Part shown: in pieces, positions 7,974 to 17,357 of the stretch
Numbering within the stretch: the stretch's first letter is position 1
Layout of the letters: each line of letters opens with the position of its first letter
Made by a program: the position numbers and the translations under genes
IMG/VR virus record: IMGVR_UViG_3300032116_000001
Span: 62,001-126,000 of that record
Strand: one strand, 5' to 3'
DNA length: 64,000 nucleotides
The notes under the pieces: model-generated
The model's database searches: none
Seen by the model: the letters and a program-made list of their open reading frames with translations, nothing else
What the model was told of the DNA's origin: nothing

Positions 7974-10306
7974 GCGACGTAAGCCTTCCAATTAAAAGAT
8001 GATGTTTTCTTTGCGATGTTTTGTCCGCCGAGGATAATTTTAATCTTATCTCTGAGTTCGCTCGGTGTTAATTCCAATGTCCCGTTTCTTGAAGCTTCAA
8101 GAAGTTTGTTTAAGGATTCTGATCGTCTTTGGTAGCTTATATCATTGTTGATTTTTGATTGGAACTGATTATATATTTCTCCCGCTGGGGATTCATTAAG
8201 GTTGTTGTATTGTCTTCTAATCGTGGCGATTTCTCTTCGCACATCTCTGACTTCTTGGCTTTCTCCTTGCTCTTGATAAAGCGCTTGATATTTTTCCTGA
8301 AGTGCTTTCATTGAGTCAAAAAGTTGATTTCGGTGTTGAATATAAGACCAAAGTGTTTCTCGATTATATCTATTGTCATCTGAAAATGTTACAGATGGCA
8401 AGAAGGCGTATTTCATCTTTAAATCTGTAAATGCAGACAATATATATGCTTCTATTGGATCAACGGGTTTAATTTGTGGAGCTTGATTGCTATCATTCAC
8501 ATAGTTTCTTGATTGACAATCTGGCTTTGTGCATCCTGATTGGAGATGGGCGATCATTGTGTGCATAGCGACTGCGCACGTTTTGTCATTTGCTGGGCAT
8601 TTTTCCGAATTGTAAACAATGCCAAGTGCATCAAGCTGAGACATAAGCTTTCTTCTTGATGCTTCGAAAAGATCGTTTCTGCTTAAATGAAGTGCTTTGT
8701 TTCCAGTAATTTCAGCGACTGCTGTCTCCACCATTTTTTTCCATTCAGTTCTTAGTTTATATTTTTGTCCGACGGTTGTTTTAACGCCGCCTCGGAGTTC
8801 AACATCCTGGCCGTCTTGGTTTGTGGTTGCAACAGACCCGTCAGGCATCGTCCACACTTCTCCTTCAGGGATTTCTAATTCTTTAGACGAGTCGAATCCA
8901 AAATACTCACCAACAAAAACCACTTGTCTTTCAACAACGGGATGTCCTTCTTCATCCATGCCTACGAGGACATCACACGGAATTAAAAAGTCCACGACAA
9001 ATACCTGCGAGTTTGTAGGGCACCCCTGTGGCACTGGTATTTCCAAGGGATATGACACTGCTTGCAAGCCAAATTCTTGTCTTAAAACCCCTACGATCAG
9101 TTTTTCTTGTGCTGATCTAAAATTTAAGCCCATGCTTTTATAATCAGGATCGGGTATGGCTTGTTGTTTGTATATGTTTTCTATCAAATGTTCATATCCG
9201 ATTTCAGTCAGCAAAGATGCAAAAACTTGTTTTGATCTTCCGCAATAAGAACTCCACACCCAAAACAAAACTTTTTCAGGGTATGTATTAAAATCATCCA
9301 TGCGCGATCCATCATTAAAAATGAGTCCAAGCCCATTTCCATCCATGAATCCTTCAAGAATATCTTTAAGCCTTTGTATATTTTCGGGATTGTTAAAAAT
9401 CTCTGCAGTGTTGGCTTCTTTACCATCTTTAACAAAATAATCAGATGGTTTTCGCGGGAACTTTTCTTCTGAAAACCCAAGTTCTTTTAATACTGCGCCT
9501 TTGCTAAAGGGTTGCGGTGTTGGCCAAAGATTTCTTGCTTCTTGGCTTGTGTCAATGCCGCTCCATATAACACCCAAATTAGTTTTGTTTTTGTTGTTAA
9601 TATCTACATTGATTGATTTTATGATATTAAATACTGTTTTTTGATCTTCTGGGTTTGGAACTTTTTCGGTAAAGCCACCATGCCCCACATTATCATATGA
9701 CTTGATGCTTTCTGTCCACAAAAGATGTATGAATTCTACATCATCAATTTGATACTGTGATTGGAGTTGATTTCTTGCCGCAAGAATTCTTGTCCTAATT
9801 TGATTCAGCGCGTTGTCTCGGTCTTGCTGAATAAACTTGCGAACTTGCTCAAGATGTTCTGGCTTCTGAACACTCTTGAGCGCTTGAATATGTGATTCGT
9901 TTTTTCTTTGTGGCGGCAGAAATGATGCCAATTGAGGCACGTACTGTTGTTGAAATATTTCAACTGCTCTTGCGATAATTTCACCAACATCTCCATTGAA
10001 AGCTTCAAGAACATCAGCGGCTGCTTGCTGCTCTTTTATTAATAATTCAAATTGCTTTCTTTGATCTCTGACTTCTTCTGGCAGGCTATACAATATGCTC
10101 GTTGGCATATTGGGCATTACGATGGAATAAATTTGTTCAATTGTATATTTTCCTGTCGCAGCTAAATCGGCAATTTGCTGCTGAAGAAAAAGTTTTTTCT
10201 GTTCAGGCGTTTCCCCAGGCACATTGGACCAAGTAATGGCTTCTGCTATTACTTGCCTTCTGTGGTTATAGGATTTATTTTCAGCCCGAAACATTGAATG
10301 CCCCAT
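7967..10306 (-). CDS. Large protein with internal PD-(D/E)XK/Vsr-like nuclease-type domain; possible virion protein
   Basis: FRSAQEKLI...VVDFLIP...VGEYFGF...YKLRTEWKK block. Probable start is ATG 10294 (MFRAENK). Confidence 0.55.
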   Translation of the reverse strand: MGHSMFRAENKSYNHRRQVIAEAITWSNVPGETPEQKKLFLQQQIADLAATGKYTIEQIYSIVMPNMPTSILYSLPEEVRDQRKQFELLIKEQQAAADVLEAFNGDVGEIIARAVEIFQQQYVPQLASFLPPQRKNESHIQALKSVQKPEHLEQVRKFIQQDRDNALNQIRTRILAARNQLQSQYQIDDVEFIHLLWTESIKSYDNVGHGGFTEKVPNPEDQKTVFNIIKSINVDINNKNKTNLGVIWSGIDTSQEARNLWPTPQPFSKGAVLKELGFSEEKFPRKPSDYFVKDGKEANTAEIFNNPENIQRLKDILEGFMDGNGLGLIFNDGSRMDDFNTYPEKVLFWVWSSYCGRSKQVFASLLTEIGYEHLIENIYKQQAIPDPDYKSMGLNFRSAQEKLIVGVLRQEFGLQAVSYPLEIPVPQGCPTNSQVFVVDFLIPCDVLVGMDEEGHPVVERQVVFVGEYFGFDSSKELEIPEGEVWTMPDGSVATTNQDGQDVELRGGVKTTVGQKYKLRTEWKKMVETAVAEITGNKALHLSRNDLFEASRRKLMSQLDALGIVYNSEKCPANDKTCAVAMHTMIAHLQSGCTKPDCQSRNYVNDSNQAPQIKPVDPIEAYILSAFTDLKMKYAFLPSVTFSDDNRYNRETLWSYIQHRNQLFDSMKALQEKYQALYQEQGESQEVRDVRREIATIRRQYNNLNESPAGEIYNQFQSKINNDISYQRRSESLNKLLEASRNGTLELTPSELRDKIKIILGGQNIAKKTSSFNWKAYVAG

Positions 10307-10357
10307 TTTATGTTACATTGTTTTGGGCTGAAAACCTGTTGTGTGTTTGAGAGATTC

Positions 10358-10951
10358 TTACACTGATCGGGCAAACTCAGCAACTATTTCGAAAGACTCC
10401 ACTAGAGTGTTCCAATTTTTTCCATTCCAGGCTGCCGAAGAGTCATCGTCTTTGTGATTCAGTTCGTGAAGAATTTTTGATCGCAGGGCACATACTGATA
10501 TGTTGAAAAAGTGTGCGTCTGCGAGGAACTCTGGGCCGAGCTTTTCTACATGAAAATTATTATTTTTTCGACCTGTGCCATAAACTTCTCGGAAAAGAAT
10601 TAGCCCAAGCAGTGCATAATTGGCCAAATCGATTAGAGTGTCTGTGACTTTTTCATCATCCACTTCAAACTTTCCACGATTGATAAAGCTCGTGATGCGC
10701 TGTTTTTTGTCGCTCATGCGCAGAAGCACGGCCTTCCAAGCAGGAATTCCCAGGTGTTCGGAACCGCGCAGGTTGCCCATCGGCTTTCCGTTAGAGGCAT
10801 AGTCCTGGTCTTTTGCCTCGTATGTTTTGAGCATATCTTCCGTTATTTTGTTTGCCAATGCAGAAAACTGGGAGTCTGGCGTTCCGTAAAAAGAAGAAAC
10901 ATGATTACAAAGTTCTTGCAATAAGGAGTCGAATTCTGGGTTTCTTGACAT
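10358..10951 (-). CDS. Nucleotide-modification-associated domain 1 (DUF1599/Nmad1) protein
   Basis: KDQDYA...NLR...LLRMSDKKQRI...DEKVTDTLIDLANYALL. Confidence 0.8.
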   Translation of the reverse strand: MSRNPEFDSLLQELCNHVSSFYGTPDSQFSALANKITEDMLKTYEAKDQDYASNGKPMGNLRGSEHLGIPAWKAVLLRMSDKKQRITSFINRGKFEVDDEKVTDTLIDLANYALLGLILFREVYGTGRKNNNFHVEKLGPEFLADAHFFNISVCALRSKILHELNHKDDDSSAAWNGKNWNTLVESFEIVAEFARSV

Positions 10952-11013
10952 AATGTTACCTTTTCAGCTTTCGCTGATTATTTTTTTTGTTACAATTTTA
11001 TTGTCTAATTTTA

Positions 11014-11039
11014 AGGCCTTTTTTCAAAGAAACAAGAAA
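11014..11039 (+). promoter_or_regulatory. SigH-like promoter AGGC-N18-GAAA
   Basis: Upstream of 11047. Confidence 0.45.
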
Positions 11040-11046
11040 TTAATCT

Positions 11047-11922
11047 TTGATGCACAATGAATGTGCCATCAAAGAGGTTATGATGAAAACACTCGTTCGC
11101 CTCAGTCTAGCAGTGTTGCTAGCATGTTTTATTCCTGTGCTGGGGTATTCGTCCACTCCAAGGGGTGTTATTTATTTTCTTAACGTTCCAGAAACTATTA
11201 AAAAGCCTGGTGTTTTAATGAGCCAAAAAATCAATCCCTTGGAACGATCAAGGATTTTTTGGCATTATAAAAATGCCACGGGGCGAAGCCAGCTGTTTGA
11301 ATTGTCGGCTGATGGCATTGCCAAGCATTACAGGGCTGGATTTCATGTTTCTTCTGTTCCAGCAAACGCGGGAACAGAAGGCATGATGAATTTTCAACGA
11401 TTTCTGCCATCAATCACTGGACAAAGAATTAGTATAAAAGCCTGGGTGCCGTCAGGGTATACAATTTCAGGAGTTGCCGAAGGTGTATGGGACAAGGCGT
11501 CCAATCTTGTGGCAAAATTGGGCGCTGGCCCCGAAGTTGACGGCATTGCGAAGATTATTAGTCAACATCTTTTTTTGGAAGAAAAAATTATTTTTAGCGC
11601 CGCGCAACAAGGTGTGTTTAGAGTGGGCGAAAGCAGGCCAGGGCACATACCTGGTAATTATGGTTCCACGATAAGACTTTGGGCCAGATATTATGGTCCA
11701 ATACGAAAAAAGGCCAGGATATCTTTTAGCCCTCGTGGCGGAAATGCTGTTTTAATTTACAGACTTGACGGCAGGCTTGTGCGCACGTCGAAGGCCAGGG
11801 CCAAATCAGATTATTTTCTTTTTTACAAATGGCTCAATCCAGATGAATCTTTTTATATTGATGTGTACCCGATAGGTGGCTTTAATTATCCATTAGAACT
11901 TCGCGTTCGTGTGGCCAATTAA
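11047..11922 (+). CDS. Secreted hypothetical protein (signal peptide), bacterial-type
   Basis: MKTLVRLSLAVLLACFIPVLGYS signal-like segment; NVPE...FWHYKN...GNYG...SPRGG...GGFNYPL motifs. Confidence 0.6.
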   Translation: MMHNECAIKEVMMKTLVRLSLAVLLACFIPVLGYSSTPRGVIYFLNVPETIKKPGVLMSQKINPLERSRIFWHYKNATGRSQLFELSADGIAKHYRAGFHVSSVPANAGTEGMMNFQRFLPSITGQRISIKAWVPSGYTISGVAEGVWDKASNLVAKLGAGPEVDGIAKIISQHLFLEEKIIFSAAQQGVFRVGESRPGHIPGNYGSTIRLWARYYGPIRKKARISFSPRGGNAVLIYRLDGRLVRTSKARAKSDYFLFYKWLNPDESFYIDVYPIGGFNYPLELRVRVAN

Positions 11923-11957
11923 ATTTTGTATAAATTACAAACCACTGGTGCAAAAAC

Positions 11958-12839
11958 ATGAGCTATAACCTGAATCGCGGCAAAGAACTGTTCGAAAACA
12001 AAATTAATGAAATTTCTTGTCTCATTAATGATGAAAATAAAGACAAATTTTATTTTCTTGCTAATCATTTTAGCTCCAACGTGGGTGTAATGCAAGAAGG
12101 CAGTCTGGGTGGCGAATCCTTTACCCCTTCTTACTCTAGGCTTGCCACAAGTATAGCAGGTGCTGCACAATCTGGGATAGCTGACGAAGCTGCCCTTATA
12201 GAAGATGTCATGAGCAAATATTCCTCTGGCGGATGCGAGCATTATGATGTAAAGCGTACAAAAACCGTTAGCACACAACTGCAAATTGAAAATCAAATCG
12301 TCAACAACGCTGCTCACGAGGAATTATCAGAGCATGGTGTTCAAAAGAAAACCTGGACAGAAGTTGTTATTGTCCGCGATGAAAACGGGGATATAATTTA
12401 TGATGAAAACGGAGTTGTGAAAACAGACGTTATTGAAGTTTCAAATACCACGACTGTTTACACCATTGATGACGATGGTAATACAATCGAAGAAGAAATT
12501 TTGCTTGATGACATTGATTTGATGGAAGACTTTGATGAATCTGATATGACCACCGAAGGATTGCGATCCGCAGGTTTAATTGCCAGCGATCATGACACTC
12601 TCACTGGACACGACGCGGTTCGGACGGGCATTAAGGAAAGATTGCCTCTTGGGCAAATTGTAGCTGACGAAAATATTGGATGGAAAATTATTTGTCCATT
12701 TACAGGCAGCTCCGATGTTTACCAAATTAGAACTGACACATACGCAAGTTACTTAACCGATCAGCCTTTTAGAATTGACTTGTCCTTGGCTGATAACTTA
12801 AGTTCAGAAAACCCCTCTGATGACATTATATTGGAGTGA
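11958..12839 (+). CDS. Acidic hypothetical protein
   Basis: 293-aa D/E-rich ORF; GTATAAAT upstream. Confidence 0.7.
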   Translation: MSYNLNRGKELFENKINEISCLINDENKDKFYFLANHFSSNVGVMQEGSLGGESFTPSYSRLATSIAGAAQSGIADEAALIEDVMSKYSSGGCEHYDVKRTKTVSTQLQIENQIVNNAAHEELSEHGVQKKTWTEVVIVRDENGDIIYDENGVVKTDVIEVSNTTTVYTIDDDGNTIEEEILLDDIDLMEDFDESDMTTEGLRSAGLIASDHDTLTGHDAVRTGIKERLPLGQIVADENIGWKIICPFTGSSDVYQIRTDTYASYLTDQPFRIDLSLADNLSSENPSDDIILE

Positions 12840-12880
12840 ACTGCCCCGCCCACAAGGGGCAGAGCTTACCCTTTCACTCC
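12833..12880. repeat. GC-rich hairpin element B (IS200/IS605-end-like)
   Basis: GGAGTGAA-CTGCCCC...GGGGCAG...TTCACTCC; core CCCGCCCACAAGGGGC. Confidence 0.6.
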
Positions 12881-12951
12881 TATAAGGCCCAATCCAAGAA
12901 ATTTTCATTTAGATGGCATCGTATAATAACTGAGGTAAAAAAAATACTTTA

Positions 12952-13494
12952 ATGAAAAACACGATGTGGCTAATTGGAGTTGGCCTTTTAATTTTTTCGG
13001 CACTAATTGGATTCGCCTTGCATACAAGCTATAACAATAAGTATAACACGTTGGAATCTGAAGCTCGCGCAAGGCAAGAAGTCAGCAAGGTGACATTTGA
13101 CAACACTTGGAAGATTATTTCTTCTCAAGCCAAGGTCGCCGAGCGCGACCGAGAGTCATTCCAATCTACTTATGTATCAATTATGAATGCCAGAAGCCAA
13201 TCAGAAGGTGATTTGTTAATGAAGTGGAGTCAGGAGGCTCAGGTTCCCATCACTCCCGATCTCTACAAGACTCTTCAGCAATCCATTGAAAGTCAGCGAA
13301 ACACATTCACAACTGCTCAAAAGCAATTGATTGATATTCGCCGCGAAGCTGAAACAATGAAGCGCAATTTCCCTGGCAGTGTGTTTTTGAGTAGTCGAAA
13401 GGACATTCAAATTCAGGTTGTAACAAGTGATGTAACTGATGCCGCGTTTGCATCTGGTCAAGAAAATCAAGTTGACCCATTTCTGTCTAATTAA
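12952..13494 (+). CDS. LemA-like membrane-anchored protein
   Basis: N-terminal TM helix, SYNN, helical bundle, C-terminal FPGSVFL. Confidence 0.6.
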   Translation: MKNTMWLIGVGLLIFSALIGFALHTSYNNKYNTLESEARARQEVSKVTFDNTWKIISSQAKVAERDRESFQSTYVSIMNARSQSEGDLLMKWSQEAQVPITPDLYKTLQQSIESQRNTFTTAQKQLIDIRREAETMKRNFPGSVFLSSRKDIQIQVVTSDVTDAAFASGQENQVDPFLSN

Positions 13495-13500
13495 AATTTA

Positions 13501-14667
13501 ATGATTATTTGGTTTGCTCTTATAATTCCTGTGCTTACTGTATTTGCAATGGCGTACATGTGGCGGCACAAAATCACATGGGCTGAAATGTTTTTGCCAA
13601 TAGGTGTGAGCATTTTGCTTATCGGATGCAGTAAGTTTTTTTCTGAGATGTATCAGACTCGTGACATTGAGTATTGGAATAGCTATATTGTTCGCGCAAC
13701 TTATTATGAAGATTGGAATGAGAAAGTAAACTGTAGACATCCCAAATACAGGACAGAGACACGTACTCAAACGTACACAGATTCTTCTGGCCGAATAAGA
13801 ACGCGAACTTACACGGAGCAGGTTTTTGATGGCTATATGCATGCATATGACGTTGATTACCACCCGCCTCGATGGATTGCTTATACGAACATTGATGAAG
13901 AGATTTCTATTTCATCCCAAGCTTGGTCAAAGTATGCTGAAATCTTTGGTAATCAAAGTTTCAGAGAATTAAATAGAAACTTTTTCACCAAAGATGGGAA
14001 CGCCCATGATACATTCTGGGACAACAAGTTTGAAACACTACAGCATGTTGTAACAAAGCACAGTTATGAAAACAGAGTTCAGGCGTCTAATTCTATTTTT
14101 AATTATCGCGACTTAACTAAAGAGGAAAAATCACTTGTTTATGATTACCCTCGGGGTGGATATTTTGACACTCCTTCTGTGTTGCCAGTAGGATGGTCGG
14201 GGTCCAATCACATTGACAAAATGAACGCGCTTATTGGCAGTGATGAAGAAATAAGAGTGTGGATTTTAATTTTCCGCGATCAAAATCGAGAAGTGGCCAA
14301 ACTACAAGAGGCTCACTGGAAGGGTGGCAATAAAAATGAATTAGTAATTTGTGTTGGTGTCACAGGTCAGAATGATGTTCAGTGGGCTGAGGTTTTTAGT
14401 TGGACAAAGAAAGAAGATTTAAAAATAAGCATTAGAGACTACATTCAAGATCAAAAGCAGTTAAACTTGATTACATTGCGCCCTTGGCTTACTTCTGAAA
14501 TACAGTCCAAGTGGGAACGCAGAGATTTTCAGGAGTTTAGCTATCTGGAGGTTTCCCCGCCAAGTTGGTTTATTATTTTGGTTTACATCTTAACTCTAAT
14601 TGCAAGCATTGGCTCTGCAGTTTATGTTATCAAAAATGAAATAAACCCACAAAACGACGAAGAATAA
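13501..14667 (+). CDS. Membrane protein (2 N-terminal and 1 C-terminal TM), partner of the LemA-like gene
   Basis: Hydrophobic termini; WKGGNKNELVIC...VFSWT...WERRDF motifs; adjacent and co-oriented with the LemA-like gene. Confidence 0.6.
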   Translation: MIIWFALIIPVLTVFAMAYMWRHKITWAEMFLPIGVSILLIGCSKFFSEMYQTRDIEYWNSYIVRATYYEDWNEKVNCRHPKYRTETRTQTYTDSSGRIRTRTYTEQVFDGYMHAYDVDYHPPRWIAYTNIDEEISISSQAWSKYAEIFGNQSFRELNRNFFTKDGNAHDTFWDNKFETLQHVVTKHSYENRVQASNSIFNYRDLTKEEKSLVYDYPRGGYFDTPSVLPVGWSGSNHIDKMNALIGSDEEIRVWILIFRDQNREVAKLQEAHWKGGNKNELVICVGVTGQNDVQWAEVFSWTKKEDLKISIRDYIQDQKQLNLITLRPWLTSEIQSKWERRDFQEFSYLEVSPPSWFIILVYILTLIASIGSAVYVIKNEINPQNDEE

Positions 14668-14668
14668 A

Positions 14669-14980
14669 TTATTCTTCTTCGTCGTTTTCATCTTCTTCAT
14701 CGTCTTCTATATCTTCGTCGTCTTCAAACGCGGCTGCATAAATTGGAGAATTATGTTGGTATAGAAAATCGATTTTTTCTTCGATTTCGCCAAGTCTGTC
14801 ACTAATGCTTTTGAGGATGTCCTTGATTTCCAAGCTGTTTCGACTTGATGAGGCGAGTGTTCCTGCCGCGATTTCAACAACATCATTGAGAGTTGCTTTG
14901 TTTTCCTCGGCGGCTTGAATAATTTCATTAAGTCTTGATGGCCTCATGGATTTGCTTGGATTTGTTTCTACCTGCTTCAT
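14669..14980 (-). CDS. Small hypothetical protein with acidic tail
   Basis: 103-aa ORF in a minus-strand mini-operon. Confidence 0.65.
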   Translation of the reverse strand: MKQVETNPSKSMRPSRLNEIIQAAEENKATLNDVVEIAAGTLASSSRNSLEIKDILKSISDRLGEIEEKIDFLYQHNSPIYAAAFEDDEDIEDDEEDENDEEE

Positions 14981-14993
14981 AGTTTGCTTCCGT

Positions 14994-15389
14994 TTAAAGA
15001 TCGGGTCCGATGCTCACTTGGAAATCGCCCAATTGTTGTGTTATTGTATTGTTATTATTGTTTGTTTCAGATAAATTCTGTTGTGCTTGTTGTTGCTCAA
15101 GTACATATTGCCCTTGATCCATGTTATTGTCGCCATCGTTGTTAATTTGTTGACTTGGCACCTGATCGCCCATTGATTCCTCAATCTGCTTTAGCCTTTC
15201 GTTTAGTTGATTGACGCTAAACATAAGAGTTTGAACTTGTTTTTGCAATGGATTCGCCATGAGTTGCGCCAATTTTACGTTTAATTGGTCGGCCTGATCG
15301 GCAAAATTGGGATATCCAAGGTGATCAAACCGTTTTGCTATTTTTACTAAATCACGATTAATCCGAATAAAGTTTCTCATTGTTTTCAT
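14994..15389 (-). CDS. Q/N-rich protein with N-terminal LVKIAKRFDHLG...AD...KLAQ tag
   Basis: ORF track; tag matches those of 3..512 and 58465..58926. Confidence 0.7.
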   Translation of the reverse strand: MKTMRNFIRINRDLVKIAKRFDHLGYPNFADQADQLNVKLAQLMANPLQKQVQTLMFSVNQLNERLKQIEESMGDQVPSQQINNDGDNNMDQGQYVLEQQQAQQNLSETNNNNNTITQQLGDFQVSIGPDL

Positions 15390-15586
15390 CTGCCCCGAAT
15401 AGAAATTCTAGGAAAACCTGAGCCGTTGTCGTCCGAGGGCGCATTGCCAACCAAAGAAATAATTTGATCAATTTTTAATCTAGCCTCTTGGGTTTCATCA
15501 GCATCAACAACAATGTCCGTGATTTTTGCTCTTAATTCATAAAGCTCTGAAAGCAGCATTTGTTGATCCAGTCGAATAAACACCAT
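15386..15586 (-). CDS. Small hypothetical protein
   Basis: Likely start ATG 15586, 6 nt after the GAAAAT box of an AGGG-N18-GAAA promoter. ATGA overlap with the next gene. Confidence 0.55.
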   Translation of the reverse strand: MVFIRLDQQMLLSELYELRAKITDIVVDADETQEARLKIDQIISLVGNAPSDDNGSGFPRISIRGR

Positions 15587-15592
15587 GTGATT

Positions 15593-15620
15593 ATTTTCCA
15601 TTATCCTAAACCTGTGCCCT
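15593..15620 (-). promoter_or_regulatory. SigH-like promoter AGGG-N18-GAAAAT
   Basis: Heads the 15586-14669 mini-operon. Confidence 0.5.
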
Positions 15621-15633
15621 GTATAATTCAAAT

Positions 15634-16158
15634 ATGTCGCTGAAAATTAAGCCTGGGGCGATACAAAAACTTCCAGAAAACAGATTTGTTTCTTGTTTAT
15701 TGATGAGTGACTGCATAAGCCCAGGTAAATTCTTTGTTAATAAGGATGTTCTTAGAAAGTCGGTCATTGTTGGCGGCGAATGTCCTGTTTATTACAACGA
15801 AGCCATAGCTGGGTTGTTAAATAGTTTGGTTTTTGGTTTTAAAGACAACTGTCTTTATGGCTATGGAACTCTTCGGGACATTGATGAAGACATTGAAAAT
15901 TCAATAGTGCTTCCAGAATTTGATATTGTTGGTGTAGAATGTATTGTTTGCAAAAGGCTATTTAACAACGTTTCTGAAATTCCGTGTGGTTGCATTGGTT
16001 TGTCTCCGTGTTTAATTTTGCCCAAGGTTTGTATTCGTGGTGTGCATATTTACTCCGAATGGAACGAAGAAATACCCAGGTCTGGAATGATAAGTGAACA
16101 CCTGTTGAGGCAGTTTCCTGTTGTTGTGGATTATATTCAAATCGTTGATCCTATTTAA
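15634..16158 (+). CDS. Cys-rich hypothetical protein
   Basis: CIVC and PCGC motifs; TATAAT 6 nt before ATG; first gene of the replication block. Confidence 0.6.
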   Translation: MSLKIKPGAIQKLPENRFVSCLLMSDCISPGKFFVNKDVLRKSVIVGGECPVYYNEAIAGLLNSLVFGFKDNCLYGYGTLRDIDEDIENSIVLPEFDIVGVECIVCKRLFNNVSEIPCGCIGLSPCLILPKVCIRGVHIYSEWNEEIPRSGMISEHLLRQFPVVVDYIQIVDPI

Positions 16159-16172
16159 GACGCCATTAAATT

Positions 16173-17357
16173 ATGAAAAAAACTACAAAAAAAGAAGTTA
16201 CTGAAGCAAGTGAATCACGGTATATTACCCGTGTTCACATTGAAAATTTTCAGGACCATACTGATACTGTTATCAATCTTGAAAAGGGCATAAATCTGAT
16301 AACTGGAAGTTCAGACGCGGGCAAATCAGCGGCCTTAAGAGCCATTAATTTTGTGCTTCATAATCAGCCCCGAGGCGATGCGTTTGTCCAGCTGGGATCA
16401 AATGAAACCAGGGTGGCGATAGAGTTTTCTGATGGAACAGTGGCTCAGAGAATCAAGGGCAAAAGTCGAAACGCAATTGTTATTAATAATCCCAAGTGGG
16501 CCGAGCCAATAGCAAAAGATAATTTTGGCAACGAATACCCAGAAGACGTTATTAAAGCCTTGGGCAATCCGCCAGTAGACAAGGAGCAGGGGCCTATATC
16601 ATATGCCGATCAGATGTCTCCATTATTCCTTGTAAGCCTTAGTTCCACAGAGCTTCCAAGATGTCTTTCGAGACTAACTGGCATTGACGATTTTGAAGAA
16701 GCTGCAAAAATATTAAGCTCACAATCAAAAGACGCTGCAAAGCGAGCAAAAGAGAATGAAATAAGAATTAACCGCATTAATGAAGAACTTGATGATTACA
16801 AGAATATAGAAAACCAGATTTGTCAAATTGAATTTATTGATCGATTGGCCACACAGGTTTCTTCTTCTATGTCGGGCATCTCTGAGGCACAAGCGTTAAT
16901 TTCTCAAAACGAGTTAATTATGAGCCAGGGCAAAACGGCATTCTTGGCTTTGCAGGCGGCAAAAAATGTTCATGACATTGGAAAAGAATTTAGTCCAATT
17001 GAAGAAAAAATTGACAATTTAAACACTGGGCTTAGTCTTCTGAAAACACTGGAGTCTATTGAAGAGGACGCAACTGAGCACAAAATTCGTATTGAAGAAT
17101 TTAGCGCTATTTTAGATCACAAAAAAGAATTTGACAGTCTGGAAAAACAGATTAGCAGCATTTCATTGGGGCATGAAATGCTGAAAGAAAATGAAGATTT
17201 GCTTCAAAATGAGCAGAATTTAAATAATGAAATTAGAATTTGGACTCAAGAAATGAATTCAGCTAACAAAGAATATTCAGAATTGATTAAGGAAATGATG
17301 AGTCTAGGCGCATGGTGCGAGGCTTGTTCGCGCCCATTAGTCTTGGAGGATAAATAA
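16173..17357 (+). CDS. SbcC/Rad50-like ATPase, N-terminal half (Walker A, coiled coil, zinc hook)
   Basis: IENFQDH, Walker A GSSDAGKS, Q-loop-like ADQ, terminal CEACSRP hook. Confidence 0.85.
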   Translation: MKKTTKKEVTEASESRYITRVHIENFQDHTDTVINLEKGINLITGSSDAGKSAALRAINFVLHNQPRGDAFVQLGSNETRVAIEFSDGTVAQRIKGKSRNAIVINNPKWAEPIAKDNFGNEYPEDVIKALGNPPVDKEQGPISYADQMSPLFLVSLSSTELPRCLSRLTGIDDFEEAAKILSSQSKDAAKRAKENEIRINRINEELDDYKNIENQICQIEFIDRLATQVSSSMSGISEAQALISQNELIMSQGKTAFLALQAAKNVHDIGKEFSPIEEKIDNLNTGLSLLKTLESIEEDATEHKIRIEEFSAILDHKKEFDSLEKQISSISLGHEMLKENEDLLQNEQNLNNEIRIWTQEMNSANKEYSELIKEMMSLGAWCEACSRPLVLEDK

